IMG/VR virus record: IMGVR_UViG_3300033127_000053
Strand: one strand, 5' to 3'
DNA from: an uncultured virus (IMG/VR IMGVR_UViG_3300033127_000053)
Taxonomy: Duplodnaviria; Heunggongvirae; Uroviricota; Caudoviricetes
DNA length: 64,000 bases
Shown here in pieces: positions 1 to 9,126 of this stretch. The notes under the pieces were generated by a model. The model ran no database searches. It saw only the letters and a program-made list of their open reading frames with translations, and was not told the DNA's origin. Positions within the stretch are counted from its first letter, which is position 1. The number at the start of each line of letters is the position of its first letter. Made by a program: the position numbers and the translations under genes.

Positions 1-165
1 AAAGAATCGGAGGCCATTGACGATAACGCCCTCTTAATCGTCCGTCCGGCAGCTGTCACAGGGGTGTGGAGCTTACAAGGAGCTAGTACGAAACAGCCGT
101 AGATTTATCCCCTTGCATAACGTGAGATAAAGGGGCCTACCGGTCAAGGTTGATCGGCATGATTG

Positions 166-202
166 AAGCCCTCGGCAGAACTCAAGTTTCTACCGAGGGT
201 TT
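166..202 (+). terminator. intrinsic terminator-like hairpin
   Basis: aagccctcggcagaa-ctcaagt-ttctaccgagggttt imperfect stem-loop with a short T run, upstream of the next promoter. Confidence 0.55.
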
Positions 203-235
203 AGTGTATGCGCCAAAATTAATTTGAAAAAGTAC

Positions 236-264
236 TTGACATCTTAAAGTCGGCGCTTTAATAT
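236..264 (+). promoter_or_regulatory. sigma70-type early promoter
   Basis: TTGACA-17 nt-TAATAT upstream of ORF 366, which has RBS GAGGAAAC. Confidence 0.75.
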
Positions 265-365
265 AGGAAATGTGAGAGGTAACGGGCCGCACCGCTTCGC
301 AGGCACCATACACTCACTCGCTACACATTCACCTATTACTCACTCTCTTCACGAGGAAACAAACA

Positions 366-983
366 ATGAAAAACGCAACTGTCACTTTCGATTCCGGTCT
401 CGACATCAACTTCGATTTGCCTGAGTTCGACGAAGTCATCACAGCTGCTTGTGATGAAGAACAGCAGCTCATCAACTTCGACAATGACCTATCTTTAATC
501 AGCGTTGACTTAGATCTTCTAACTGCTCGCCTCATCGAGCGAGAAGAGAAAGTCTCTAAAGCGAGCGCCGGTATTGCTGAAGTTATCCGCGAGCACGCGG
601 CCAATCAGCTAACACTCGACAACGTTATCGCTGAAGTCGAAGCGCCTACGCTCGAAGATGTAGCACGCGGCGTGTCTGTCGCTGCCTACCACGTTTCTAA
701 CGCTGTTATGGCCGTCTACAACTTCTCTCTGCTAGTCGCCGCCATCTTCGGCGTGTTGGTCGACCTGCACGAGCAGTTCACACAGCAAACTATCAAGCAG
801 GCCACGCTTGAAATCGTTGATTCTGCTACTGCTTACGCAATCGACCGCGTCAACGTCTTCACTGACACCGCTATTAAGTTCATCGACTGGACACAGTCCT
901 TTGATGCCCGCTTGATGGCTCGCACCGCAGCCATCGACACACAGCGTGTGTTTGACTTCTGCTTTCAGTGCTACGACGTTTAA
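366..983 (+). CDS. hypothetical early protein
   Basis: 205-aa ORF with strong RBS and promoter; no recognised motif. Confidence 0.75.
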   Translation: MKNATVTFDSGLDINFDLPEFDEVITAACDEEQQLINFDNDLSLISVDLDLLTARLIEREEKVSKASAGIAEVIREHAANQLTLDNVIAEVEAPTLEDVARGVSVAAYHVSNAVMAVYNFSLLVAAIFGVLVDLHEQFTQQTIKQATLEIVDSATAYAIDRVNVFTDTAIKFIDWTQSFDARLMARTAAIDTQRVFDFCFQCYDV

Positions 984-1008
984 TTCTCAGCTTTAATCAT
1001 TAACCCTA

Positions 1009-1545
1009 GTGGGATGGTCGTTAATAGCGGCCATCCCTTTTAAGCTCATGACACAACCCTTACCAACGCCCAAAAAGACCCCGCTGATAAACCCGTCCGA
1101 CGCCGACATAGCGCCGGGAACTAAGGTGATGTTAGTGCGAGATTCTAGCAGTTCTCGCCGTCTACCTGACGTCATTGTGACGACTGTTGAGCGCGTCACT
1201 AAAACTCAAATAATCTTAGAAAAAGAGCGTAATAAATACTCTCGTAAAACGTCTTTTCCTGTAGGCGCAAATGACCAACGTTGGGTTTTATATCAGCTTT
1301 GTAAGCATGACGTCGTCTACTTCAATTACGTGCAGAAACTAAAAGAAGCTGAAGACAATAGATTCAAACTTAGAAGTGTATTAACTGAGCTTGAACAACA
1401 CGCTAACTTAGGTCGCATCGTGAGAACGGATAGTCGCCATTTAACCGACTTAGAAGTGCTCGACTTACTGCGTTCTATCAAGCAAGTGATCAATCTTTCA
1501 GAAGTCAAATTGAAGTATATTCCCGAGGATTCTGCCGGTGAATAA
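1009..1545 (+). CDS. hypothetical protein (start may be ATG 1048)
   Basis: 178-aa ORF; VTTVERVTKTQI segment typical of small phage beta-barrel proteins. Confidence 0.65.
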   Translation: MGWSLIAAIPFKLMTQPLPTPKKTPLINPSDADIAPGTKVMLVRDSSSSRRLPDVIVTTVERVTKTQIILEKERNKYSRKTSFPVGANDQRWVLYQLCKHDVVYFNYVQKLKEAEDNRFKLRSVLTELEQHANLGRIVRTDSRHLTDLEVLDLLRSIKQVINLSEVKLKYIPEDSAGE

Positions 1546-1741
1546 TTGGACGCTAGGAGACGAATTGCTAGAGACTAAAGCGCGCGCCGACAACAAAATA
1601 AAACGCCTTTTGAAAGACTATAAACGCCTGATGAAAGGCCCCATACGCAACAAAAAACGGCGCGCGCCGTCTCAAAAAGATTATATTGATGCGTTTTTCA
1701 TATGCATTGAAATTGAGGACATATTGAACACTACATTCTAA
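1538..1741 (+). CDS. small basic hypothetical protein
   Basis: overlaps the upstream stop and is followed by a terminator. Confidence 0.6.
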   Translation: MNNWTLGDELLETKARADNKIKRLLKDYKRLMKGPIRNKKRRAPSQKDYIDAFFICIEIEDILNTTF

Positions 1742-1754
1742 AAAAGGTCTAATT

Positions 1755-1788
1755 AGCCCGCATCATTTCGGTGATGCGGGTTTTTCTT
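1755..1788. terminator. terminator at the convergent early/late junction
   Basis: gcccgcatca-tttcgg-tgatgcgggt followed by a T run. Confidence 0.8.
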
Positions 1789-1794
1789 GTCGCC

Positions 1795-2226
1795 TTATTT
1801 GTCGCCTACGTGCCTGAATTCCCACGCTTCGCCTTCGCTAGCGGTTCCGTGGCTGTCGGTCTTAAGCACTGGGCAGTCGCTTCCATCTAGCCCGAACAAT
1901 GAGAACCCGTTATTGTTAGCGCGCTTGATGGTGAGTCCGCCAAGGTTTCCGAAGCCGGGCTGTGATTCAGTGGTGAATGCTTGTCTAGAATCGTTTAGGT
2001 TAGTGGCAACCACGTTCATCTTCTGATTGTCGTTCCCATTCGCATGACTCCATGCGCGGGTTTCGTCAGCGGCCTTTAGGATTGCGAACCCGCCATCCTG
2101 ATGAGTCCGCAGCACGAAGCGCTGATCGGGGTCGTCAGAATTGAACTGATCCCATTCGATCCGTCCGCCTCTGATTTTCGCCGCCGCTTGTCTATTGCGA
2201 TTAAACAAAACGTAGATCTTAGCCAT
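1795..2226 (-). CDS. hypothetical protein, possible beta-trefoil (ricin-B-like) lectin
   Basis: 143 aa with DQRF, RQAF and EAWEF QxF/W-like repeats; RBS AAGGAAAC; last gene of the tail operon. Confidence 0.5.
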   Translation of the reverse strand: MAKIYVLFNRNRQAAAKIRGGRIEWDQFNSDDPDQRFVLRTHQDGGFAILKAADETRAWSHANGNDNQKMNVVATNLNDSRQAFTTESQPGFGNLGGLTIKRANNNGFSLFGLDGSDCPVLKTDSHGTASEGEAWEFRHVGDK

Positions 2227-2269
2227 GTCTATTTGTTTCCTTAAATTTCAACGTGTGTACCATACCTTA

Positions 2270-2917
2270 CTAAGCCGTGCGTCTCCACATATAAACAACG
2301 ACGTATGGGTTCATAACGTTAATCGGTGCGGCTTGTCCGGCGTTTGACACAGTAACGGGCACTTGTTCTCGCGTCGTCGGCTCGTTATTAATGGCCGTCA
2401 CGACGTTTATGTTAGAACTACCAGGCTGATAGGCGAGGTTTTGCAAGTTCTCAGGCCTATCGTATCGGTGCTCGTGCTCAGTATTAGATTGATCAAGAGA
2501 GTGATTATGTACACCGACCTGATTGTCACTTAATGTGATCTCGATGTTCCCGCCTGAGTTTCCTTGCACAGCAAAAGGTCCACCGTCGGCTTCGCTGACA
2601 AGCATCTGACCCCGCGCGTATTTCTCCCACGTGCCCCGCCCGCCGAAAATCTGGTTAGGGTTTCTGCTGTCGCTCGTTTGGATATAGACCGAGCCCACGG
2701 GCCATGTAAGGTTAAAGATGGTATCGGCCTGATTATCGATCAGCCCTTGCACGAGAGTTTTAAGGGCATCTTGCTCGTTTTTTAGATAGCGCGTGCGATT
2801 TACTACAGGCCCGACGATTTTATTAGGTCCGCTATCCTCACTCCCACCGATTACGAAATCGGAAGTTTCGATAATAGGCACCGAGTCGGGAAAATTAGAG
2901 CTTTCGGTAAAAGGCAC
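2270..2917 (-). CDS. baseplate/short tail-fibre protein
   Basis: N-terminal NRTRYLK fibre-attachment motif; WPVGSVY and PYVVVYMWRRTA gp10-like C-terminal motifs. Confidence 0.8.
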   Translation of the reverse strand: MPFTESSNFPDSVPIIETSDFVIGGSEDSGPNKIVGPVVNRTRYLKNEQDALKTLVQGLIDNQADTIFNLTWPVGSVYIQTSDSRNPNQIFGGRGTWEKYARGQMLVSEADGGPFAVQGNSGGNIEITLSDNQVGVHNHSLDQSNTEHEHRYDRPENLQNLAYQPGSSNINVVTAINNEPTTREQVPVTVSNAGQAAPINVMNPYVVVYMWRRTA

Positions 2918-2950
2918 GGGCGCGCGTGGGTAACGTCAGCATAAAAATTC

Positions 2951-3574
2951 CTACGTTGCCAGTTCGGCGTTATAAGTTTGCCCATTAGCGCCGTCGTAAC
3001 GGATGCGGCCATCGTAAATAAGCAGGTTGCCAAACAGGCTGATATCACCGATTCGCAAATCTCCTAAATGCGATCGCGCGTTCTTCCATTCGTTTATCAG
3101 CGCGATAATCAGCGCTACTTTTTCGGTTGAAACCTCGCCGCGAATGCTATCGAGCGTCACAATAAATTGGCCTAACTGACCGCCTAAATAACGCTGTGTG
3201 CCGTCATATTGAACGCTCCCGTCATACCTTAAGCCTGGGTTTTCTTCAATCGTCGCGTTGGGGTAACCCACCGATTCGAGGGCTCGCTTAACAGCAAACG
3301 GTGTTCCCGCTACCCTGTGTAGTTCAATTGAATTTTTAACAAGCTGTCTACGTTGCTCAGTAGTCGACGCTAGCACCCAACCTCTGAACCCCAGCACGTT
3401 GAACTGATCGGCTAGATCGAAGAGTGTACTTTCGGGCACGTTGTCGATGTCGTAAACATTGAGAATATCGAGATCAATTTTTAGCTGTCGTTCGTATAGT
3501 TGCTCAAATGCGCGCCCCCTATCAGACGCCACTGAATCGGGTAATAATGTCTCCCCTGGTTGCAAGATATTCAT
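2951..3574 (-). CDS. phage tail protein I (P2 gpI-like)
   Basis: LFDLADQFNV, SIELHRVAGTPFAVKRAL and KNARSHL motifs; follows gpJ. Confidence 0.9.
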   Translation of the reverse strand: MNILQPGETLLPDSVASDRGRAFEQLYERQLKIDLDILNVYDIDNVPESTLFDLADQFNVLGFRGWVLASTTEQRRQLVKNSIELHRVAGTPFAVKRALESVGYPNATIEENPGLRYDGSVQYDGTQRYLGGQLGQFIVTLDSIRGEVSTEKVALIIALINEWKNARSHLGDLRIGDISLFGNLLIYDGRIRYDGANGQTYNAELAT

Positions 3575-3577
3575 GAG

Positions 3578-4681
3578 TTAACCCTCTTCGACGCCAGTAA
3601 CGACGATGTTAACGGCGCTAGCGTTCGGCCATTGGCTAGGTTCTAACACGACGTCGTTAGCGGGTTCTATCAGCTCGACATCGTACACACCCTCTAGATG
3701 CAAAGCAGCGATGATTTGCGAGCGCACAATGTCGCCGCCTAATGCCTTACGTTTATCGCTGACATATTTCTCAGCGGCGGCGGTGACATCTTCGGTTATC
3801 TGAATGGTATTTGAATCGGCAATCAACCGAACGTTTGCTTGAATCTGGTAGTCAAACGTTACAGGCATCTCTACTCTGACGTCATCGGTTAGCGGTCTGA
3901 CGCGCTCGTCGCTGACTAAAAGTCGTATCCTATCTATCAGCTCAAGTGAGGGAAGCCCCGATTCAGTCAGTGGATAAATATTGACTTGGATCGGGCTCGG
4001 GCTGATGACCTTAACGTCGATGATGCTTTGGTCGACGGTTAGCGTGTGGAAAATATAGCTATCGCGGCTACCGGCGGTCGAAAATTGTGACGGCGCTATT
4101 TTTATTCGTTCTCTAAGGCTGTCATCTAATTCACCCTCAGCGCCACCGCTTGGCAAATTATCAGTGGTGACGGTTAGCGGCGTGCTTGTCACCACGTCAA
4201 TTATTTCCGTAATCTCGACGCCGTTAGGATCAGGCCCGTTCTGAAGGGCTCTAACCGTTAGGCCGATAGAGTTATCGTTAACTTCGAACGTGTGGTCTTC
4301 AATCGATTCGAACCACAGATCGGCGTTGCTATTGCTTGGCGCGAATCTAGTGCCATTGGGCACTAGCAGCGATGTTGATAACGAGCCCGAGCGCGTCACC
4401 CTGATAGTCGCCTCGGCTTTAGCAGCGCCAAGGCGGGTCACGCCTACTAAAACACCCAGTTGTTCGAGACGCGCCCCGCTCGCATAGTTTACGAGATTTT
4501 GTTCGGCTGCGCGTTGGATGGCTATCCGCGTCAGTATTTCTCTATAGGCAGCACCGTTGATCCATAGCTGTTCAGGCTGCGCTGGGAATAGCGGTTTACC
4601 GAGCGCGCTTTCATACGTTTCCTTTACCTGACGCGCGATCGTCGTCGGGTCGCGGTCTATGAAATCAGGCGGAGTGGTCAT
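3578..4681 (-). CDS. baseplate J protein
   Basis: YASGARLEQLG and GGAEGELDDSLRERI...FSTAGS...RPLTD motifs. Confidence 0.95.
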   Translation of the reverse strand: MTTPPDFIDRDPTTIARQVKETYESALGKPLFPAQPEQLWINGAAYREILTRIAIQRAAEQNLVNYASGARLEQLGVLVGVTRLGAAKAEATIRVTRSGSLSTSLLVPNGTRFAPSNSNADLWFESIEDHTFEVNDNSIGLTVRALQNGPDPNGVEITEIIDVVTSTPLTVTTDNLPSGGAEGELDDSLRERIKIAPSQFSTAGSRDSYIFHTLTVDQSIIDVKVISPSPIQVNIYPLTESGLPSLELIDRIRLLVSDERVRPLTDDVRVEMPVTFDYQIQANVRLIADSNTIQITEDVTAAAEKYVSDKRKALGGDIVRSQIIAALHLEGVYDVELIEPANDVVLEPSQWPNASAVNIVVTGVEEG

Positions 4682-4719
4682 CTTCTAAACGCTGGTTGTT
4701 TAAAAGAAAATTCCCGTCC

Positions 4720-5160
4720 CTAAGAAGGTAGTCCGACGCTGACGTTTATAGTGCCCGTGCCTACGGTGTTAGGTATTAACCAAGTCGCCTGCATAGTCAA
4801 TTCTGAAAGATTACTTGAGTAGGGATAAATACTTAAGGTGTCTAGCTCTACTCGCGGCTCCCATTCGTCAATAGCTTCAATTAATTCACGCCGAACAAGC
4901 GGCACGGCTTGGTTCATCGGCTTGTCTAGATGCTGATATAAACCCGAGGCGAAAGTAGGCCTATGTGGATCAGCTCCCTGCGGGGTGCCTGCAATGATAC
5001 TTATGCATTGATTAATATCATCAGCGTTGGTCACAATGCCGTCAGATGTCACAGAAAATGACCACCAAAGCGCCGTTATATTTGCACCTTTTAAGGTCGG
5101 CTCGGTTTCCGCTAGCCTAGCAGTCCACCAACTTTGTAATGCTAAATCGTCGTCATTCAT
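4720..5160 (-). CDS. baseplate wedge gpW/gp25 family
   Basis: DDINQCISII-TPQGADPHRPTF...WEPRV motif. Confidence 0.9.
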   Translation of the reverse strand: MNDDDLALQSWWTARLAETEPTLKGANITALWWSFSVTSDGIVTNADDINQCISIIAGTPQGADPHRPTFASGLYQHLDKPMNQAVPLVRRELIEAIDEWEPRVELDTLSIYPYSSNLSELTMQATWLIPNTVGTGTINVSVGLPS

Positions 5161-5214
5161 CGCAGCTAACCTATACTTGACGTTGGAAAAACTCTAACAT
5201 TAGGAGCTAATTAA

Positions 5215-5661
5215 ATGCCCGTATCCATTGAAGAACGCCGCGACTTAGCCGCAGGCTTAGGAGTGCTTGTCAATTCACTTGTGACAACTATTGATCAACT
5301 AACCGCCGAAATCGCAAAGCTAAAAGAAAAGGACGAACAAACCGCACAGATCCTTCTTCCACTAACTGACATTCTTGCTAACAATCCCATCACTGAAAAC
5401 TCAATTAATGAGTCTGGACAATTGACTAATCCATCACCAGCGACCGACGCGGCGATGTCAATGCTTGACGAAATGCCAATTGAAAATACGACTGCATTAG
5501 ACGCGGCTTTAGAAACAACAGTAAACGAGCCTGTTGTAAATGAAAATTCAACTGAAATTATCGGTGATGCTATTACAAACATCGTCGATACTGTTGCAGA
5601 ATCTGAACCACTAAACGAGGAAATTTTTATCGACGAAAACCCAGAAGTAACCGAGGCTTAA
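5215..5661 (+). CDS. acidic hypothetical protein, antisense to the tail operon
   Basis: RBS AGGAG; N-terminal coiled-coil and acidic C-terminus; own terminator downstream. Confidence 0.75.
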   Translation: MPVSIEERRDLAAGLGVLVNSLVTTIDQLTAEIAKLKEKDEQTAQILLPLTDILANNPITENSINESGQLTNPSPATDAAMSMLDEMPIENTTALDAALETTVNEPVVNENSTEIIGDAITNIVDTVAESEPLNEEIFIDENPEVTEA

Positions 5662-5730
5662 CCGTCAAAAATCTGATCAACCTAATAAGACGATTTAGTT
5701 AAAGACTGAAAAAATCACGTAGCTAATTTC

Positions 5731-5773
5731 AAAAATAAGAAGGCTTCGATATCGCCCGAAGTCTTCTTTTTTT
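5731..5773. terminator. bidirectional intrinsic terminator
   Basis: agaaggcttcg-atatcgcc-cgaagtcttct flanked by A and T runs. Confidence 0.7.
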
Positions 5774-5815
5774 ATTGCAAATTTACAATCGGAATATTTA
5801 AGGATCTATTCTTGC

Positions 5816-6239
5816 TATACACGGATCCTATTCACGGTTCTATTCTTTCTATTATGTTTTTTGTTCTTCTTTTATTCATTGTTGTATTACATCATCTAGT
5901 GTGGAAACCGTTCCGACAACTAGCGGAAATATACACTAAAAAAAGATATACCCTAACGAGATTTCGCGGGTTTCAGACGTTTTTTTGAGTATTTTTTTCG
6001 TATGTATTACATTCTGAAATCTAAAAACACTCCGATTACATTCTGATTAAACTCCGAATGTATTACATCCGGAATATCCATTATCATTCCTTGTAATGCT
6101 AGATGAATAGTAAAAGGTGAATATCTAGAACACAATTTTGAATACATTCAGTACACAATTTTGAATACATTCAGTACACAATTTTGAATACTTTCGGAAC
6201 TATTATGTGTATACACGGATCCTATTCATTGTTCTATTC
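5816..6239. repeat. AT-rich non-coding region with direct repeats
   Basis: 23-bp acacaattttgaatacattcagt x2.7 (6130-6191); tatacacggatcctattca at 5816 and 6210; repeated attacattctga and gtattacat. Confidence 0.85.
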
Positions 6240-6250
6240 CGACGAAGAAC

Positions 6251-6290
6251 AAAAAAAAATGCCTGATCGGATGCGAGCCCGATCAGGCAT
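6251..6290 (-). terminator. intrinsic terminator after the baseplate spike gene
   Basis: 12-bp perfect stem atgcctgatcgg/ccgatcaggcat with a U run on the minus strand. Confidence 0.85.
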
Positions 6291-6347
6291 CATCATAGGT
6301 TCACTTAAACATCTCATTCGGCCCGTGACGGGCTTGATGAAAGTATA

Positions 6348-6860
6348 TCACTGACCACTAATAAGGTGAGAGTCACCGCCCGAATCAATCATGCCAGTAA
6401 CGAGCGATTCGTTACCATTAACCGTGTGTATTCCTTGCACTGAAACCGTGCCGTTCATATCAGTAGGCCCGGTTAATATTGACATGCCTGTGATGTTAAC
6501 ATCGCCCGTTATAGTGACGTTTCCAGTAATATCTATATCGCCTCTCATTATCGTTTGAGCTATTATTATTGCTAGCTGATTTATGGCCGATAAAGTAGGC
6601 GTATTAGACGGCGAATAATACGCGCCTAAAATGACACCACGAGACCCTTCGTCGTCCAGTAAAACTGCTACGTTATCACCCACATTAGGCATTACAAAAA
6701 ACTCGTTACTGGTACCGAAAGGTGTTAAGCATTGAAGCCACCAAGTCTCGATTTCATCTAACTCTTCAATGGTCACTTTCGCCCGGCCATTATGCGGATC
6801 TATCTGGGATACGCGCCCCATATGCAGGCTAGTTTTACCCTGATTTGTAACTGGCATCAT
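6348..6860 (-). CDS. baseplate spike gpV
   Basis: GRVSQID...GRAKV...PNVGDNVAVLLD...GVILGAYY OB fold plus GDxxITG beta-helix repeats. Confidence 0.92.
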   Translation of the reverse strand: MMPVTNQGKTSLHMGRVSQIDPHNGRAKVTIEELDEIETWWLQCLTPFGTSNEFFVMPNVGDNVAVLLDDEGSRGVILGAYYSPSNTPTLSAINQLAIIIAQTIMRGDIDITGNVTITGDVNITGMSILTGPTDMNGTVSVQGIHTVNGNESLVTGMIDSGGDSHLISGQ

Positions 6861-7882
6861 GATAGTTTTCTAGCCTCAAAATTAGTCGTGTAATTGTTAG
6901 CTATTTTATGGGTAACCTTCTCTAAAAGAAACCTACCTGAGAACTTACCAACGCCTGCAATATTCACCACATTTCCCGCTGATAATTCGGGGTCGCCTTC
7001 GACCATAGCCGTAATAAGAACCCGGCTTTGATTGGCCAACCTTAAAGCTTCTTGCGCGCGTGTTCGGGCCATACTTAAAGACTCTACTCGCTCGCGTATA
7101 TTCAAGATGTCGGCGCTTGCGATTAGGCCTTCGGCGTCGTCGGATGGCTCGGGTACGACTGCACCGTCTAAGCCCACGGTGACCGATATAAACTCGCCTT
7201 TGTCAGGGTTCTGGTAGCTGATTTTGGCCTGTTTATAAGTGCCTGCGTTCTCCCGTTTTATTCGCGCGCCCGGTGCGAAGGTTAGCAGCGATAGATCGCT
7301 TACTGCCGTCGCGCTCTCAAGGTCTGTAACCCTGAAGAATACTAACTTTGTGAGCGAATCTATTTTAAATACAATGCCGTAATCGCTTGCCAGGCGGCGC
7401 AAGAATATAAGGTCGTTTTCGTGTTTTTGGGTGACCCGCTCAAAGGTGATATTAGGTAGTGACTCACTGCCTACCAGCGTGAGGTTGTGACGCCCGGCGA
7501 TGATTGAGGCGATATCACGAAGGGTCGTATTCTCATAGGCAACGGCTCGGACCTCCCGCAGGCTCGTTTTAATCGGCGTTGCGAGTCCGCCTAATTCAAC
7601 GGTGTCGGGCGCGTATCTGAAGCTGAGTTTATCAAGCTCGAATGATATCGGGCCTAGCTGCGCCGATTCTGCATAGCCCATCGTGACTGAGACGACGTCA
7701 CCTTCTGCGGGTAGCCAATCGTTATCCCATAGGCGGTCTTTGTTTTCTAGCTGGATACTCAGTGAGTCCGATTTACCCTCTAGTTCGTCGACGAACGTGA
7801 CAGCGCTTAAGATGGGTGTGATGTCGTTGGTGATGTTCACACCTTCGTAAATCACTGTTAGCGTAGGGTCTTGCATGCTCAT
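6857..7882 (-). CDS. baseplate hub / late control D protein
   Basis: DELEGKSDSLSIQL, TQKHENDLIFLRRLA and GDPELSAG motifs. Confidence 0.92.
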   Translation of the reverse strand: MSMQDPTLTVIYEGVNITNDITPILSAVTFVDELEGKSDSLSIQLENKDRLWDNDWLPAEGDVVSVTMGYAESAQLGPISFELDKLSFRYAPDTVELGGLATPIKTSLREVRAVAYENTTLRDIASIIAGRHNLTLVGSESLPNITFERVTQKHENDLIFLRRLASDYGIVFKIDSLTKLVFFRVTDLESATAVSDLSLLTFAPGARIKRENAGTYKQAKISYQNPDKGEFISVTVGLDGAVVPEPSDDAEGLIASADILNIRERVESLSMARTRAQEALRLANQSRVLITAMVEGDPELSAGNVVNIAGVGKFSGRFLLEKVTHKIANNYTTNFEARKLS

Positions 7883-8162
7883 AGGGTTTTTAGGACAACT
7901 TTTTAATGTTTGGTTAATCGGCGCAATTACTCTTTTTTGGATATCCTCGCTCTACTCTTTGAGCGTTGGCGACCACGACGATAAAGAGAAAAACGTTCTT
8001 TTTTACGCTGAGATAGTCGGGCTATGTGTGGTTATCGGTGTGCTTTGGCCGCTGATTATGGCGATACTGATCGGCGTGTTTATCTCTGATATGTTGCCTA
8101 TATTGGCCCGGTCGGCGACGTTGTTAATTAAACGACCTGAAAGGAATGGTGAAAGACGTTGA
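7875..8162 (+). CDS. two-TM membrane protein on the opposite strand
   Basis: 95 aa with two hydrophobic segments; exactly fills the gap between gpD and gpX. Confidence 0.55.
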   Translation: MLIGFLGQLFNVWLIGAITLFWISSLYSLSVGDHDDKEKNVLFYAEIVGLCVVIGVLWPLIMAILIGVFISDMLPILARSATLLIKRPERNGERR

Positions 8163-8414
8163 TTAGACGTTTGATCGTCGCCACGGTGGCAGCTTGTCGT
8201 CACCGATACGTTGTGGTGTGACCGAATCGAGCGTTAAGGTATCGTCGACGGGCACGGTGATAGCTTCGCCGCCATCGAACGTTAATATCCCTATCAGATC
8301 GGGATTAGCGACCATCAGCTCAGCGTACCTAAACGGATTGAAATAGACCGCGTTAGCTACGGTATCCCACCGATCACCGACGCCCGGATAATGAATTGTG
8401 AATCTAGTTGTCAC
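8163..8414 (-). CDS. tail protein X (LysM-like)
   Basis: GDRWDTVA...Y...LMVANP...LPPWRR. Confidence 0.9.
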   Translation of the reverse strand: MTTRFTIHYPGVGDRWDTVANAVYFNPFRYAELMVANPDLIGILTFDGGEAITVPVDDTLTLDSVTPQRIGDDKLPPWRRSNV

Positions 8415-8426
8415 GGTTGTATCTCT

Positions 8427-8870
8427 CTATCTCACTGCAACATAGGGATCGGGCACGGCTTTGGTGCCTAGCGGCGGCTTATCAGGTGTTTCCCGCAGGT
8501 TGCACACCACTTTCATAGACAGCGTTTCCCCGGTCTGCAATGTATTTGTGATGGTCACGGCTAGTTTCTCTATCAGGTAATAGCCGCGCAACTGGCCACT
8601 GCCAAGCCCGAGGAACATGGGCACGTGTTCGAGCATGGCTTCATAGAGTTTTTTATATTCGACGTCGGGCACGCAGAACGTATGGTCAAGGGTGAAACCG
8701 AGTTTAATCTCGGTATTGTCACGCCCCATATATTGAGACGTCGCAGGCCCGAAAACCTTCGGCATTTTGGCCAGCTTGACCGCATGGGAAAACCCCATTC
8801 GATCAGGCGATTGATCGGGCCTGAAGGTGATACCGCCAAGCGTCCCCCATACATTACGAGCATCAGTCAT
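8427..8870 (-). CDS. tail tube initiator gpU
   Basis: WGTLGGITF...QYMG...G-Y-I motif; position in the tail module. Confidence 0.85.
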   Translation of the reverse strand: MTDARNVWGTLGGITFRPDQSPDRMGFSHAVKLAKMPKVFGPATSQYMGRDNTEIKLGFTLDHTFCVPDVEYKKLYEAMLEHVPMFLGLGSGQLRGYYLIEKLAVTITNTLQTGETLSMKVVCNLRETPDKPPLGTKAVPDPYVAVR

Positions 8871-9126
8871 TTATGCTCTCCTCAGCACTAGCCATTGACT
8901 GCTTATACCATTCGGTGTCCATCACCGCGCGCACGCCCGCGTCTTTGCCCTCTAGCAGTTTCCTAAGACACACGGTCGTTTCTGACGATTCGGGCGCTAG
9001 ATTGGCCACCTGATAAGCGACATCACAGAACATTTTGGACGTCGCTTGAAGTGGCACGGGCAAGTGCATGTAAGAGAAGTACTTAAGTATGTCCGTGACT
9101 TCTTTTCTGTGGTAATCGCTAGCCAT
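8863..9126 (-). CDS. small helical-hairpin protein, Acb2/Tad1-like
   Basis: 87 aa from ATG 9126; LKYFSYMHLP...PESSETTVCLRKLLEGKDAGVRA. Confidence 0.55.
   Translation of the reverse strand: MASDYHRKEVTDILKYFSYMHLPVPLQATSKMFCDVAYQVANLAPESSETTVCLRKLLEGKDAGVRAVMDTEWYKQSMASAEESIND

Noticed and set aside
1..102. possible 3' end of an upstream CDS
   Set aside because: Only 33 codons visible; cannot be supported or assigned
6130..6191. mini-CRISPR
   Set aside because: Contiguous tandem repeats without spacers; no cas genes, and the Cas4-like gene belongs to the replication module
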